Made by a program: the position numbers and the translations under genes
From: a virus
Lineage: Duplodnaviria > Caudoviricetes
DNA length: 63,567 nucleotides
IMG/VR virus record: IMGVR_UViG_3300030430_004778
Coordinates: 1 to 63,567 of that record
Reading direction: 5' to 3' (one strand)
Notes under the pieces: model-generated
What the model was told of the DNA's origin: nothing
The model's database searches: none
The model's input: the letters and a program-made list of their open reading frames with translations, nothing else
Shown: positions 38,935-48,201 of the stretch, in pieces
Layout: each line of letters starts with the position of its first letter
How positions within the stretch are numbered: the stretch's first letter is position 1

Positions 38935-39400
38935 TCAGCAGTGCCTTTATTTGATTTATGTTTTGATCGCAAGATAAACCAACGCGAGGCAACTTACCAT
39001 CTTTTGAAGTTTTTATGATCTCGTCTATCCCAGGATAACTGTCTTCAAGTTTTGCACATTCGTATGATCCTACTGATTCATGGGAGTTGTTATCTATAAC
39101 ATAAACATGTAAGTTTGATAGGTTTTCATCTCTAATTGTATGAGTTATTCCCAAGTGCATAAGTAAAGATCCATCGCCCACAAATGCAACAACATGTTTT
39201 GTTGTATTTTTTGCAATTCCAAGTGCTATAGCTGGTGATAAACCCATGCTTCCCTGCATATATAATATATTTTTATTGTTTGGATATAAATCGTATACAG
39301 CTCTAGATAAGAACCCAGTGTTTGTCACATAGATTGCTTCATTTCCGTATTTTTTAAACACGTTTTTGATTGCTTGCGATCTATTTAACATTGTTTTCAC
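38927..39400 (-). CDS. aepY: Phosphonopyruvate decarboxylase, C-terminal (TPP-binding) subunit
   Basis: TGFLSR, YMQGSMGL..AIALG and GDGSLLMHLG..IDNNSHESVG (TPP motif GDG..NN). Confidence 0.8.
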   Translation of the reverse strand: MKTMLNRSQAIKNVFKKYGNEAIYVTNTGFLSRAVYDLYPNNKNILYMQGSMGLSPAIALGIAKNTTKHVVAFVGDGSLLMHLGITHTIRDENLSNLHVYVIDNNSHESVGSYECAKLEDSYPGIDEIIKTSKDGKLPRVGLSCDQNINQIKALLSE

Positions 39401-39776
39401 CTCTAACTAAAATGTAGTTTGTATATCCAATTAATTTTAAAAGAGCTTCATCAATCTCACCCATTACTTTATGCTGTGGTAGTGTATGCCTATGACCTAT
39501 AACCAAAAGAGGCTTAACATCAAAAGGAATACACAGACTCGTTAAAGGGTTTACTATATTGCCTAAGCCTGAGTTTTGTAAATATACGCAGCTTTTTTTA
39601 CCAGCTAATTCTGCGCCAAACGCGATGGCTAAAGCTTGTGATTCATGAGTTGCTATTATGTTGTCATAATTTGATTTAATAATATCATTTTGGAATCTCT
39701 TTAGAGCGCTATCTGGAACTCCAGTAAAAAAGTTGTACCCCTCTGTTTCTAGTCTTGTAAAAAGATCATGATCCAT
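39381..39776 (-). CDS. aepY: Phosphonopyruvate decarboxylase, N-terminal subunit
   Basis: FFTGVPDSALK, VYLQNSGLGNIVNPLTSL and PQHKVMG. Confidence 0.82.
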   Translation of the reverse strand: MDHDLFTRLETEGYNFFTGVPDSALKRFQNDIIKSNYDNIIATHESQALAIAFGAELAGKKSCVYLQNSGLGNIVNPLTSLCIPFDVKPLLVIGHRHTLPQHKVMGEIDEALLKLIGYTNYILVRGENNVK

Positions 39777-40635
39777 ATTTTTCTTGGTTTTCCTTCATTT
39801 CATCAACGGCAATAAGATCAAATATTTTTGACATCGGAACCACTAAATCATTAGCTGCAGATAGTGTTCCGCCCTCAATCATTTTCGTAAAAAGAGTTTC
39901 CAAAACTTTTACGGCGGCGCGGACTGAATAGTTTGCATAAATGGCTAAACTAACTCCACTATCTTTCATTTGCTGTGTTGTCATTGTATTATATGTGGTT
40001 GGAACAACAACAAGCGGCGTGGTTAGCCCAGCAGCATGATAAACATCACAAAAATGCTGTACCTCGTCTGGGGTTTTATTTTTATTGTGAATAAGAAAAC
40101 CGTCACAACCTGCATCAGTGTATGCTCTTGCTCTTTCCATTGCCACATCAATACCTCTACCTTGAATAAGTGCTTCTGTTCTAGCTACAACAGCATATCC
40201 AGGTTTGTTACTTTTTTCCAAAGCAGCTTTTATCTTGCCAACCGTAGTTGATGTCCTTTCTAGTTCTTTTTTCATTCCATAAAAAGAACATCTTTTGGGA
40301 GAAGGATTGTCTTCTATACACATACCCCATGCACCAGCTTTAGAATACTCTCTTGCCATTCTAATAGTGTTGATTGCACTAGGTCCACCCTCATCAGCAT
40401 CTACAAGAATCGGAACTTGTATCCTATCTGCTATTTTGCTAATTGCGTCAGCATAATCTGCTACATTTAAAATTGACGCATCCGGGAAGCGATTCCATGC
40501 GTGCATTTCAAAGCTTGACAACCATACTCCATCAAACCCTGCATTTTCTGCTAACTTGGCAATCATTGCATTGCTAGCTCCACAAACAAGATTAACTTCG
40601 TTTTTGTTTTCTAAGAGTTGTTTAATGGTTTTCAT
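39766..40635 (-). CDS. pepM: Phosphoenolpyruvate mutase (ICL/PEPM superfamily) with variant catalytic loop
   Basis: GFDGVWLSS, PDASIL, PILVDADEGG, CIEDNPSPKRCSF, VARTEALI, PLVVVPTTY and IYAN; directly upstream of ppd and aepZ. Confidence 0.8.
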   Translation of the reverse strand: MKTIKQLLENKNEVNLVCGASNAMIAKLAENAGFDGVWLSSFEMHAWNRFPDASILNVADYADAISKIADRIQVPILVDADEGGPSAINTIRMAREYSKAGAWGMCIEDNPSPKRCSFYGMKKELERTSTTVGKIKAALEKSNKPGYAVVARTEALIQGRGIDVAMERARAYTDAGCDGFLIHNKNKTPDEVQHFCDVYHAAGLTTPLVVVPTTYNTMTTQQMKDSGVSLAIYANYSVRAAVKVLETLFTKMIEGGTLSAANDLVVPMSKIFDLIAVDEMKENQEKYGS

Positions 40636-40645
40636 TTTATTTTCC

Positions 40646-41380
40646 TTAAAATTGTTTTTCTTCTGAGTTGGAATTTCCTGATTTATACTTTTTTCCTTTT
40701 ATTTTGCATATATCTGGTGGTACTTTTTTAAACTTATCCGCATGATATATCTCATAATTATTTCCGTCAGAAATAGGTGTATAAGTGAAAAAAAGAACTA
40801 CCCTCGCCTCTGAAGTATTGTTTTTATACGATGCATGAGGAACATAACTATCAAAAAATATTACATCACCTTTTTCAGTAGGCATCGGCTCCAGAGATAT
40901 ATTTTCATCTAAATCTTGAAACGTTTCAGTTAGTTGTTTATTTTGTGTTTCTCCGAAAAACATACAGCTGTTTTCCAATGTAGTGTCACTTAAAGGTAGT
41001 GCAAATGTTATGTGCCTGCTAGAATACTTATTCCAGCCAGCGGAAATATCCTGATGGGGTTTAAATCCATCTCCATTTGGATACTTAAAATTTATCTTAT
41101 CTTTAAAAAGAACAGATTTTTCGCCCATCAAAGCGTTAACTTCATTTAATATTTTATCACTATTGGCTAATTCATTTAAGAATAAACTATGGTTTACAAA
41201 ATACTCTATCCTGCTCAGTGTTTTTTTGTCTTGTTCAAAATACTTCCAAATGTAATTTTTTCTATCTTTTTCTTTTTCCAGTTGTTTTATATTTAAAAGT
41301 ATATTGTCAACTTCAGATTTAGAAAAAAAACTCTTTTTAATTTTTTTTCCGAAAGCTTCTGACCAGCTGTATTGTATCAT
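40646..41380 (-). CDS. Fe(II)/2-oxoglutarate dioxygenase, PhyH family, PhnY-like
   Basis: SRIEYF, LFKDKINFKYPNGDGFKPHQD (HxD), GDVIFFDSYVPHAS (distal His), R..FFTY and PPD. Confidence 0.82.
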   Translation of the reverse strand: MIQYSWSEAFGKKIKKSFFSKSEVDNILLNIKQLEKEKDRKNYIWKYFEQDKKTLSRIEYFVNHSLFLNELANSDKILNEVNALMGEKSVLFKDKINFKYPNGDGFKPHQDISAGWNKYSSRHITFALPLSDTTLENSCMFFGETQNKQLTETFQDLDENISLEPMPTEKGDVIFFDSYVPHASYKNNTSEARVVLFFTYTPISDGNNYEIYHADKFKKVPPDICKIKGKKYKSGNSNSEEKQF

Positions 41381-41398
41381 ATATCACCATTCTCAAGG

Positions 41399-42085
41399 TT
41401 AAAGTATATCACAAATTATAGTAACATGAGTTTTCAAATCGGGATTAGTTCTGAAGCCCGGTTGAGCTAGGGCGTCTTTTCCTTGAAGGATTTCAAATTT
41501 TCTTAAATTTGTCATTTGTTTTAAAATTTCGTTAGTTTGCAAAAACGTTTCTTGGTCAAAGCTATTGTAGCCACTAGTAGATTCATCTCTCGTACAATAA
41601 TTTACATCTAAAACCATTTTTGCTCCTGCTCGGGCGACTCTTGGTAATGATCTAATTACGTCATTTATGCATAAAGAAGACATCCCAGTGTATAGGGTGT
41701 GTGCAGAAAATATAAAATCAAATTTTTTTTGATATTGTTTTTCTTGACAAAAATCAATTATATCCATATGTAGTAATTTTATATTTTCATATTGTCGTTG
41801 GTTTTTTTCTTTTAATTTGTTATCGGTTTTTTCTGCAAAAGATAACATGTGCTCACTTAAATCGACTCCAAATAAATTTTTACAAACAAAAGATTTAAAA
41901 AATCTACCAGTACCACATCCAACATCCAAAACATTTTCGCATTTATTTTTAGAAAAAAAATCTATTACGTATTCGTTTAATTTAATCCAATTTTTATTAT
42001 TTATTGCTTTTTCGTCTTTTTTGTATATTTTTTTGGCTCGGTACGGATCATACGATCCAAGATTATCTTTTGCTATTTTACTCAC
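41399..42085 (-). CDS. Class I SAM-dependent methyltransferase
   Basis: VLDVGCGTGRF, GVDLSEHML and FDFIFS. Confidence 0.9.
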   Translation of the reverse strand: MSKIAKDNLGSYDPYRAKKIYKKDEKAINNKNWIKLNEYVIDFFSKNKCENVLDVGCGTGRFFKSFVCKNLFGVDLSEHMLSFAEKTDNKLKEKNQRQYENIKLLHMDIIDFCQEKQYQKKFDFIFSAHTLYTGMSSLCINDVIRSLPRVARAGAKMVLDVNYCTRDESTSGYNSFDQETFLQTNEILKQMTNLRKFEILQGKDALAQPGFRTNPDLKTHVTIICDIL

Positions 42086-42100
42086 TTTGATAAAATTCCT

Positions 42101-44830
42101 TTAATCGTTGTCCTCATATATTCTATGACGGAAAGAAATCAGTCCTTTCTTTTTTAAATAGTTACAATCGTATGATTGCCACAGCTTTTCAAAGAAAGCA
42201 AAAGATGTAAAAGTACCAGCATCGTTATACCAATATTCGTTCCAATCCTCGTACTGGTTTCCTGTTGGATAAAAATGATAAAATAATTCTTTAGCCCGAG
42301 CTAAATTATTTTTGCTTAAATATTCCTTCTTGTGATCTTCTGATATCATCATGATACAATCACCCACATCGGATCTCCGAAGTAAATTGCCTGTTTTAGA
42401 AACTATAGGGCTACCCCAAGGCTGTTGATAATGACATGTGGCAGATTTAAAATCAGAAAAAATAAATTTTTCTAAATCAAATTTTTTAACGTTTATCAGA
42501 TCACCAGCAACCATAATACAATCACCATTAACGGAAAGAGCAGCCTCAAAAGTACTGATAATTTTATCGTTTTTTGGATTTAATACTTTAACTTCAGGAT
42601 AGTTTTGTTCTATATGTAAAATTAAGTCAGTATTTTCACTGCTGGCGACAACATACGTTTTTGTGTTTTTAATATCACATTCGTCTATTAAGTTATTTAT
42701 TAACGGCTTGTTTTTAAAAATTTCTAAATGTCGGTTCCTGTTTGGCTTTGGTGGTCCACCCGCTAATATTACAATATTTTTAAAGTTTGGTGCCAAAAAG
42801 CCTTTTGACATTTCTACATCTTTAATATCTTTTTCTTCCTCGCGTGTTGATTTCATCTTTACCATACCGGACAAAGAAATAAATTTTACTCCATGTACAT
42901 ATATGTGCTTATCTGGATTATATAATATTTCTTCGGCGCTATCAACGTAATATTTTATGTAATCTGCATGTGATCCAACATTGGCTGTAAATGGAATGTT
43001 TCTAGATTTTAAGTGAAGCAGATCAAAATCTCGGCAGTCCCTAATACCGTAAAGAGCAAGAGGGGCGCTCCCGCCTACACAAAAATCTTCTAATTCTAAA
43101 TCACTATTGGCTATAACATTTTTAGTCTCATTTATAAATTGTTTTATTTTTTTTCTGTTGAAGCAGCCAACCTTTGATTCGTTCATATATTTGAGAGTTG
43201 GATTATGAAATACTATGGTTGCATTTCTCCAAGCTTCTTCATATGTATCAGTTGCGTGCATACTAGGTTTTCCTACGCCAACAACTTCTCTTATTTCGTT
43301 TTTAGCTTTGTCTACCTGTTCTAAACTCTCGCATTCTAACAATAAAACCTTAACTGTGGAACCTTTTGCGAAATTAAGTCTTGCCTGATCGATAGCACCA
43401 GGATATCCATTAGCTTCATTTCCGAGCCATTCTTCTTCAGAATATGAGGAAATAACATAATTTAACATACCATTTTTTGTTAAAGATATGTCTTTATGAT
43501 AAACTACACTTATATTATGTTTTCTAAATATTTCATATGCTTTATCAATATATGGAAGTGAATGAGAATAAAGAGAAGCAACAAAAACATTCTTTTTTAG
43601 TCGCATATATTCTAAACACATAGCATCAGCAATATCTCTGTCTAAGCCAGTCGACACAATATCTTTTTTATTTAAAAAATAATCTGCCGAACATACCACC
43701 TGACCTTCAGACACAGGACTTTGTTTACATATTACTGGCTTGTCATAAACTATTGAAGCTGCAGTGCGATGTGAACCATTTAAAAGATTATTATCCGAAG
43801 TAACTGGTATGTAAGACTTTTCTTCATCAAATCCATTACTTTTAATATTATCCAGTACATCATGATAAGATTCATAAAAATCTTCTAGGTTGTTTTTAGG
43901 TGGGTTTTTTTCTGTAAAGCCTCCCCATACATCTAAATGATGCTCATACACCTTTTTTGCAAAAATATTTGAAACGCTTTTTTCTCTGTGTCTAGCATAT
44001 AACGTTTTTGCAGTTAAATCAAATCTTAAACCAGTAAGAAGATCAGAGGCATCATCTAAAACAAATCGATCATCATACTTGCTACTTAGTCCATATATCC
44101 TTTGGTATTTGGGCTTTTGTCTTATGTCCATCTCATAAGACAATTGTTTTTGACGTTTTTCAGGAACTACATGGTCATTGTTATCATGTAGATTATAAAC
44201 ATAAACTATCTCTTTAACAAATTCTACTTTGTCACCTGCCATTTCGAGCATTGGAAACATAAAAGCTAAGTCCCATGCTGCTTCATAAAATTTACCATCT
44301 TTGTTTTTAAGATCTTCTATATTAATGTTTTTCCATAGATTATATTTAAATGTTCTTAAAGCAGACGTCATCCAAGGGGATGTTCTATAAGATCTGTTCT
44401 TGATTATTTTATTAGGTACTGGTTTTTCACAGAATTTACTTTTTCTACCAGATGGATATAATATATGGCTTCCGTAAGTAAGCCAGCATTGCTTTTCTTC
44501 ATAGTATTTAATTAACGTTGATAAGACTTCTTTATTTGCAAACCAATCGTCACCATCAAGGGTAACTATCACATCTTCATCATTTGGATTAGATTTTTTT
44601 ATGGCATTATATATATTTTCTAAAGCTCCAACGTTAGATTTATTTTTTATTAATATAAATCTGTCATCATTTCTTATCTCTCTCTCGGCTACATTAGTTG
44701 TATTGTCACTAGAAGCATCATCAATCAATAGACATTGAAAATCTTTGTAGCTTTGTGCCATAACACTCCTAATGCAGACCTTTATCCATTTTTCTACATT
44801 ATAAAAAGGCACAATTATTTTAAAATGCAT
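42101..44830 (-). CDS. Multidomain protein: GT2 glycosyltransferase, central NTase-fold region and C-terminal NTP-transferase-like domain
   Basis: IIVPFYNVEKWI..IDDASSD..TLDGDDW (GT2); GGSAPLALYGIRDCRDFD (Pol-beta-like GS..DxD); IVILAGG..KPLI..MVAGD (NTP transferase-like). Confidence 0.8.
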   Translation of the reverse strand: MHFKIIVPFYNVEKWIKVCIRSVMAQSYKDFQCLLIDDASSDNTTNVAEREIRNDDRFILIKNKSNVGALENIYNAIKKSNPNDEDVIVTLDGDDWFANKEVLSTLIKYYEEKQCWLTYGSHILYPSGRKSKFCEKPVPNKIIKNRSYRTSPWMTSALRTFKYNLWKNINIEDLKNKDGKFYEAAWDLAFMFPMLEMAGDKVEFVKEIVYVYNLHDNNDHVVPEKRQKQLSYEMDIRQKPKYQRIYGLSSKYDDRFVLDDASDLLTGLRFDLTAKTLYARHREKSVSNIFAKKVYEHHLDVWGGFTEKNPPKNNLEDFYESYHDVLDNIKSNGFDEEKSYIPVTSDNNLLNGSHRTAASIVYDKPVICKQSPVSEGQVVCSADYFLNKKDIVSTGLDRDIADAMCLEYMRLKKNVFVASLYSHSLPYIDKAYEIFRKHNISVVYHKDISLTKNGMLNYVISSYSEEEWLGNEANGYPGAIDQARLNFAKGSTVKVLLLECESLEQVDKAKNEIREVVGVGKPSMHATDTYEEAWRNATIVFHNPTLKYMNESKVGCFNRKKIKQFINETKNVIANSDLELEDFCVGGSAPLALYGIRDCRDFDLLHLKSRNIPFTANVGSHADYIKYYVDSAEEILYNPDKHIYVHGVKFISLSGMVKMKSTREEEKDIKDVEMSKGFLAPNFKNIVILAGGPPKPNRNRHLEIFKNKPLINNLIDECDIKNTKTYVVASSENTDLILHIEQNYPEVKVLNPKNDKIISTFEAALSVNGDCIMVAGDLINVKKFDLEKFIFSDFKSATCHYQQPWGSPIVSKTGNLLRRSDVGDCIMMISEDHKKEYLSKNNLARAKELFYHFYPTGNQYEDWNEYWYNDAGTFTSFAFFEKLWQSYDCNYLKKKGLISFRHRIYEDND

Positions 44831-45656
44831 TTTCTACCGTCCGTAATATATCTACTTTTTTTTCATAAATGTAATTTATCAATTCTTCTCCTTTCATTTT
44901 AAACCACGGCTCACCTGTTGCCCCAACTAAATTGTTAGTTTTGAGAGACATATTCATCATTCTTGATTCAACAGCCACTCTAGATAATGTTTCTGGTGTT
45001 TTTGGGAAAAAAATTAAATGTTTATTTTTTGATAAATTTTTATAAAATTGATTTGGCACGTCAGGGCTCACTATTTCATAAGCTATATTATTTTTTTTAC
45101 AAAAATACTCGGCGCCTAAAGTATTTTTATGAGCCTCTCTCGCGTAAATTATAGAAGCTTTATCTTTTTTTTCAATACTAGAGTATTTTTTAAATAACTC
45201 TAAATGATCATCAGACCATAAATTGCCGCTAAGATTTTTTATGTTATCGAGATTTAAATTTTTTTTAACTATTTTTTCATGAAATTCACTTTGACAAAAA
45301 ACATTGTTTGCGTTTTTATAAAAATCAAAATTTATTATTTCACTTTTTGGAGCTATAAAATTTTTATATATTGCTGGATTTCTTGATCTAATATATTTAT
45401 GATCATGCTCGTAGATTATATAAGGTTTTTTCCCATTTGATATGTCATTTATCGTTTTGTTTTGTAGATTAGAAAAATTTGATACTAATATTGCATCAAC
45501 CTCGTGTAGTGATTTACTGTCTACCAAGTGGCTTTGTTTTTTTAACACATTCCAACCATTTTTAACTAGATTGAAAATCAATTCAGCGTTATTTAACTCT
45601 CCACCACCAACAACCTGATCAAGAAAAAAGTCATCAATGAATAATAAATTACTCAT
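44820..45656 (-). CDS. Putative glycosyltransferase (GT-B-like)
   Basis: GGGELN, YEHDHKY, FCQSEFH and IFFPKTPETLSRVAVESRMM (GT4-like E-x7-E). Confidence 0.65.
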   Translation of the reverse strand: MSNLLFIDDFFLDQVVGGGELNNAELIFNLVKNGWNVLKKQSHLVDSKSLHEVDAILVSNFSNLQNKTINDISNGKKPYIIYEHDHKYIRSRNPAIYKNFIAPKSEIINFDFYKNANNVFCQSEFHEKIVKKNLNLDNIKNLSGNLWSDDHLELFKKYSSIEKKDKASIIYAREAHKNTLGAEYFCKKNNIAYEIVSPDVPNQFYKNLSKNKHLIFFPKTPETLSRVAVESRMMNMSLKTNNLVGATGEPWFKMKGEELINYIYEKKVDILRTVENAF

Positions 45657-46923
45657 AATTTTCTACATTTAATTCATCAAACCAATCTTGTAAGTTTTCG
45701 GCAACATCCTCATAACCTATAACTTCTTTTACAATATCTGCAAATTTTTTGTTTTGATTGGATAAAGTAAACTCATCGCATATCCAAGTTTTAAGTTTTT
45801 TAGCTTGTGATTTAAAACGACTGTAATCTTTATAGACTTCGCGAAGTTTCATTTTATAAGATCCTTGGCGCGGGTAAGCCCACATTGAATCTCTTTGTAT
45901 AACTCCGTCCCAGACAGCGCCTTCAAGTACAGAATCTACATCGCATTCTATACGAGCAAAGTGTGGTCTATTTTTTTGTTTACCTTTTTTATTTTTTATC
46001 GGTTTATACAAAAAGTCTAAATGACCTGACCAATCGGTGGCAATTACTGGTAGTCCACTATAAGCCGCCTCAAACAATGGTAATCCAAACCCCTCTCCAT
46101 GAGTTAAACTGATGAGAGCGTGAATAGATTTATTTAAATAAAGAGAATGCATTTCTTCATCGCTTAAATCCCCATGCAAAAGATAAACCTTACATTTTCT
46201 GCTTTTATATTTTTTTAGTAATTTTTCTAGCTCGTTTGTTATTAATTTTCTATCAATTGCATTTCCACCGGTAAGAAATGTCTTAACTACCAAACCAACG
46301 TCAGGATTATCGATAAACTCTTCAACAAACCAAGATATAGTCGCACCTATATTCTTTCTCGGACCCCATTGCGCAACAGTTAAAAAATTAAACTTAGTTG
46401 GCAAATCTAAGTTTAAATCTGGTAATTTATCGTATGTTTTAACAGGATAATGAACTATATCTATATCTTTATTGCAAGTTAAAGTCATTCTTTGTCCGGT
46501 TGCTCGATCAATTCCTTCATAAAAAGTATCAATGAATCCTTTTTTTGAGTGTTCTGATATGGTAATCACTTTATCCATTTCGTTGACTTTCTGCAACCAT
46601 AGGGGTGCCACTTTATTTGTTTCAATTCCGGCAGTTACTCCGATATTTATAGGAGCCATTTTCTGCCATTCGTTTGGAATAGTTACTTGAACAGATACGT
46701 CATATTGTCCTCTTTGTTCAGTGTAAATGGCTGTTTTTTTAATTAAGTCGTCTAGCCACTGGCGTTCTTCACTGTCTTCCCAAACCCATGCAGAATTACC
46801 CCAATTAACCGGAAATAGATATATATCAATTCCTTCTAATTCACGAAGACTTCGAAGAACAAATCGACAATGCTCGCCATATCCGGTTCTAGTGAGCGCC
46901 GGTCCTCTTACTAAGACTTTCAT
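45649..46923 (-). CDS. Glycosyltransferase family 4
   Basis: TGYGEH, PRKN and THGEGFGLPLFEAAYSGLPVIATDWSGHLDF. Confidence 0.92.
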   Translation of the reverse strand: MKVLVRGPALTRTGYGEHCRFVLRSLRELEGIDIYLFPVNWGNSAWVWEDSEERQWLDDLIKKTAIYTEQRGQYDVSVQVTIPNEWQKMAPINIGVTAGIETNKVAPLWLQKVNEMDKVITISEHSKKGFIDTFYEGIDRATGQRMTLTCNKDIDIVHYPVKTYDKLPDLNLDLPTKFNFLTVAQWGPRKNIGATISWFVEEFIDNPDVGLVVKTFLTGGNAIDRKLITNELEKLLKKYKSRKCKVYLLHGDLSDEEMHSLYLNKSIHALISLTHGEGFGLPLFEAAYSGLPVIATDWSGHLDFLYKPIKNKKGKQKNRPHFARIECDVDSVLEGAVWDGVIQRDSMWAYPRQGSYKMKLREVYKDYSRFKSQAKKLKTWICDEFTLSNQNKKFADIVKEVIGYEDVAENLQDWFDELNVENYE

Positions 46924-48194
46924 TAGGCGACCTCCTTAATTTGCCAACGTTTTGAATAATTTCTTGTGTCCCAAGATCCCTCTTCTTCATGAATTTTGAT
47001 CAGGGTATCAACCCAAGTTTTGTTAAAATTATCAAAATTATAATTTTTCATAACATGTTCACGACCAAGTTGTCCCATTAGTTTTCTCTCGTCTTGTGTC
47101 ATATTATAAATCTCTTCCATAGCACCTACAACCACTTCTTCGCTCAATCTATCTTCATAAATCCACGGAATTTGTTGAGATCCTATAATTGCTTTTGAGG
47201 TTGGATAAACTGGTATACCAAATTTTTTATCGCCATCTAAAACTTGTTCTTGTAACCCACCAGTCATGTTAACTATAATCGGCGTACCACAAGAAAGAGA
47301 CTCAAGCGTTGCTAGTCCAAAGCCTTCTGCGTCAGAAACATTTATTGTGCAATCTGCCATATTATACATTACAGATAACTGTTTTAAGTTGACTTTTTGT
47401 TGACTAAATAATACTTGACCGTCAGTAAGATTTAAATGCTCTATAATCGCCTGAAGATCTTGCCCATTTGGATCTTTTACCTCAGTGTGCATCACAAGAC
47501 TAGCTTTATCGTGACCAACTTTATCAAGAAATTTTTTAAACCAAAAAATTAAAGAGCCAGACTGTTTTCTTCTTGCGTTTCTATTATTCCAAAAGAAAAT
47601 AAATTTATCTGGATCATAAAAATCTCCAAACACAGATCTTTTATACTCATCTGTTAAATTTTCATTGTTTTCTAATGGTTTGAATATTTCATTGTTGACG
47701 GCATGAGGGATGTATTGTGATTTTACCTCGGGGGCAACAGTTTTCACAATGTCATCTGTTACTTTTGAGATGGTAGCAATGAAATCATTTGATTCATAAA
47801 ATGTTTTATTGTAAGTGGGGTAAGGATAATTATCCCAAACGTGATAGTAGACCATAGGCATAAGAGGGCGAATTTCATTTTCCATTTCCCACAGCCATCC
47901 CCAGAAGCGAGGATCAGTCATAAACCACATAATATCTGGTTTCTCTTGACGAATCAAAGACCTCACTTGATCTTTGGAGCCATACCCATCAACAGGAAAC
48001 ATAATCCAATCTTCGCCATATTGATCTGTTTTAATTGGATCATATTTGGGGTGTTTGATAGCTCCACCGAATGAGCGGATTTGAAACTTACCAGTTTTTA
48101 GAAGTGCTTCACATACATATCTCGTTTGAGTTCCAACTCCAGAGGGTGAAAGAGGCATGTCACTAAGAGTGAAAACCTTAATTTTTTTATCCAT
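46923..48194 (-). CDS. Glycosyltransferase family 4
   Basis: SGVGTQ, IPHAV, NRNARRK and SDAEGFGLATLESLSCGTPII..GGLQEQV. Confidence 0.92.
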   Translation of the reverse strand: MDKKIKVFTLSDMPLSPSGVGTQTRYVCEALLKTGKFQIRSFGGAIKHPKYDPIKTDQYGEDWIMFPVDGYGSKDQVRSLIRQEKPDIMWFMTDPRFWGWLWEMENEIRPLMPMVYYHVWDNYPYPTYNKTFYESNDFIATISKVTDDIVKTVAPEVKSQYIPHAVNNEIFKPLENNENLTDEYKRSVFGDFYDPDKFIFFWNNRNARRKQSGSLIFWFKKFLDKVGHDKASLVMHTEVKDPNGQDLQAIIEHLNLTDGQVLFSQQKVNLKQLSVMYNMADCTINVSDAEGFGLATLESLSCGTPIIVNMTGGLQEQVLDGDKKFGIPVYPTSKAIIGSQQIPWIYEDRLSEEVVVGAMEEIYNMTQDERKLMGQLGREHVMKNYNFDNFNKTWVDTLIKIHEEEGSWDTRNYSKRWQIKEVA

Positions 48195-48201
48195 TTAAAC
48201 C

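Noticed and set aside
39766-40635. Isocitrate or methylisocitrate lyase
   Set aside because: Lacks the K(K/R)CGH motif, and the ppd/aepZ context favours PEP mutase.
37930-41380. Phosphonate catabolism (PhnWX or PhnYZ) for P scavenging
   Set aside because: No PhnX, PhnZ or transporter recognised; PepM, Ppd and the cytidylyltransferase indicate biosynthesis.
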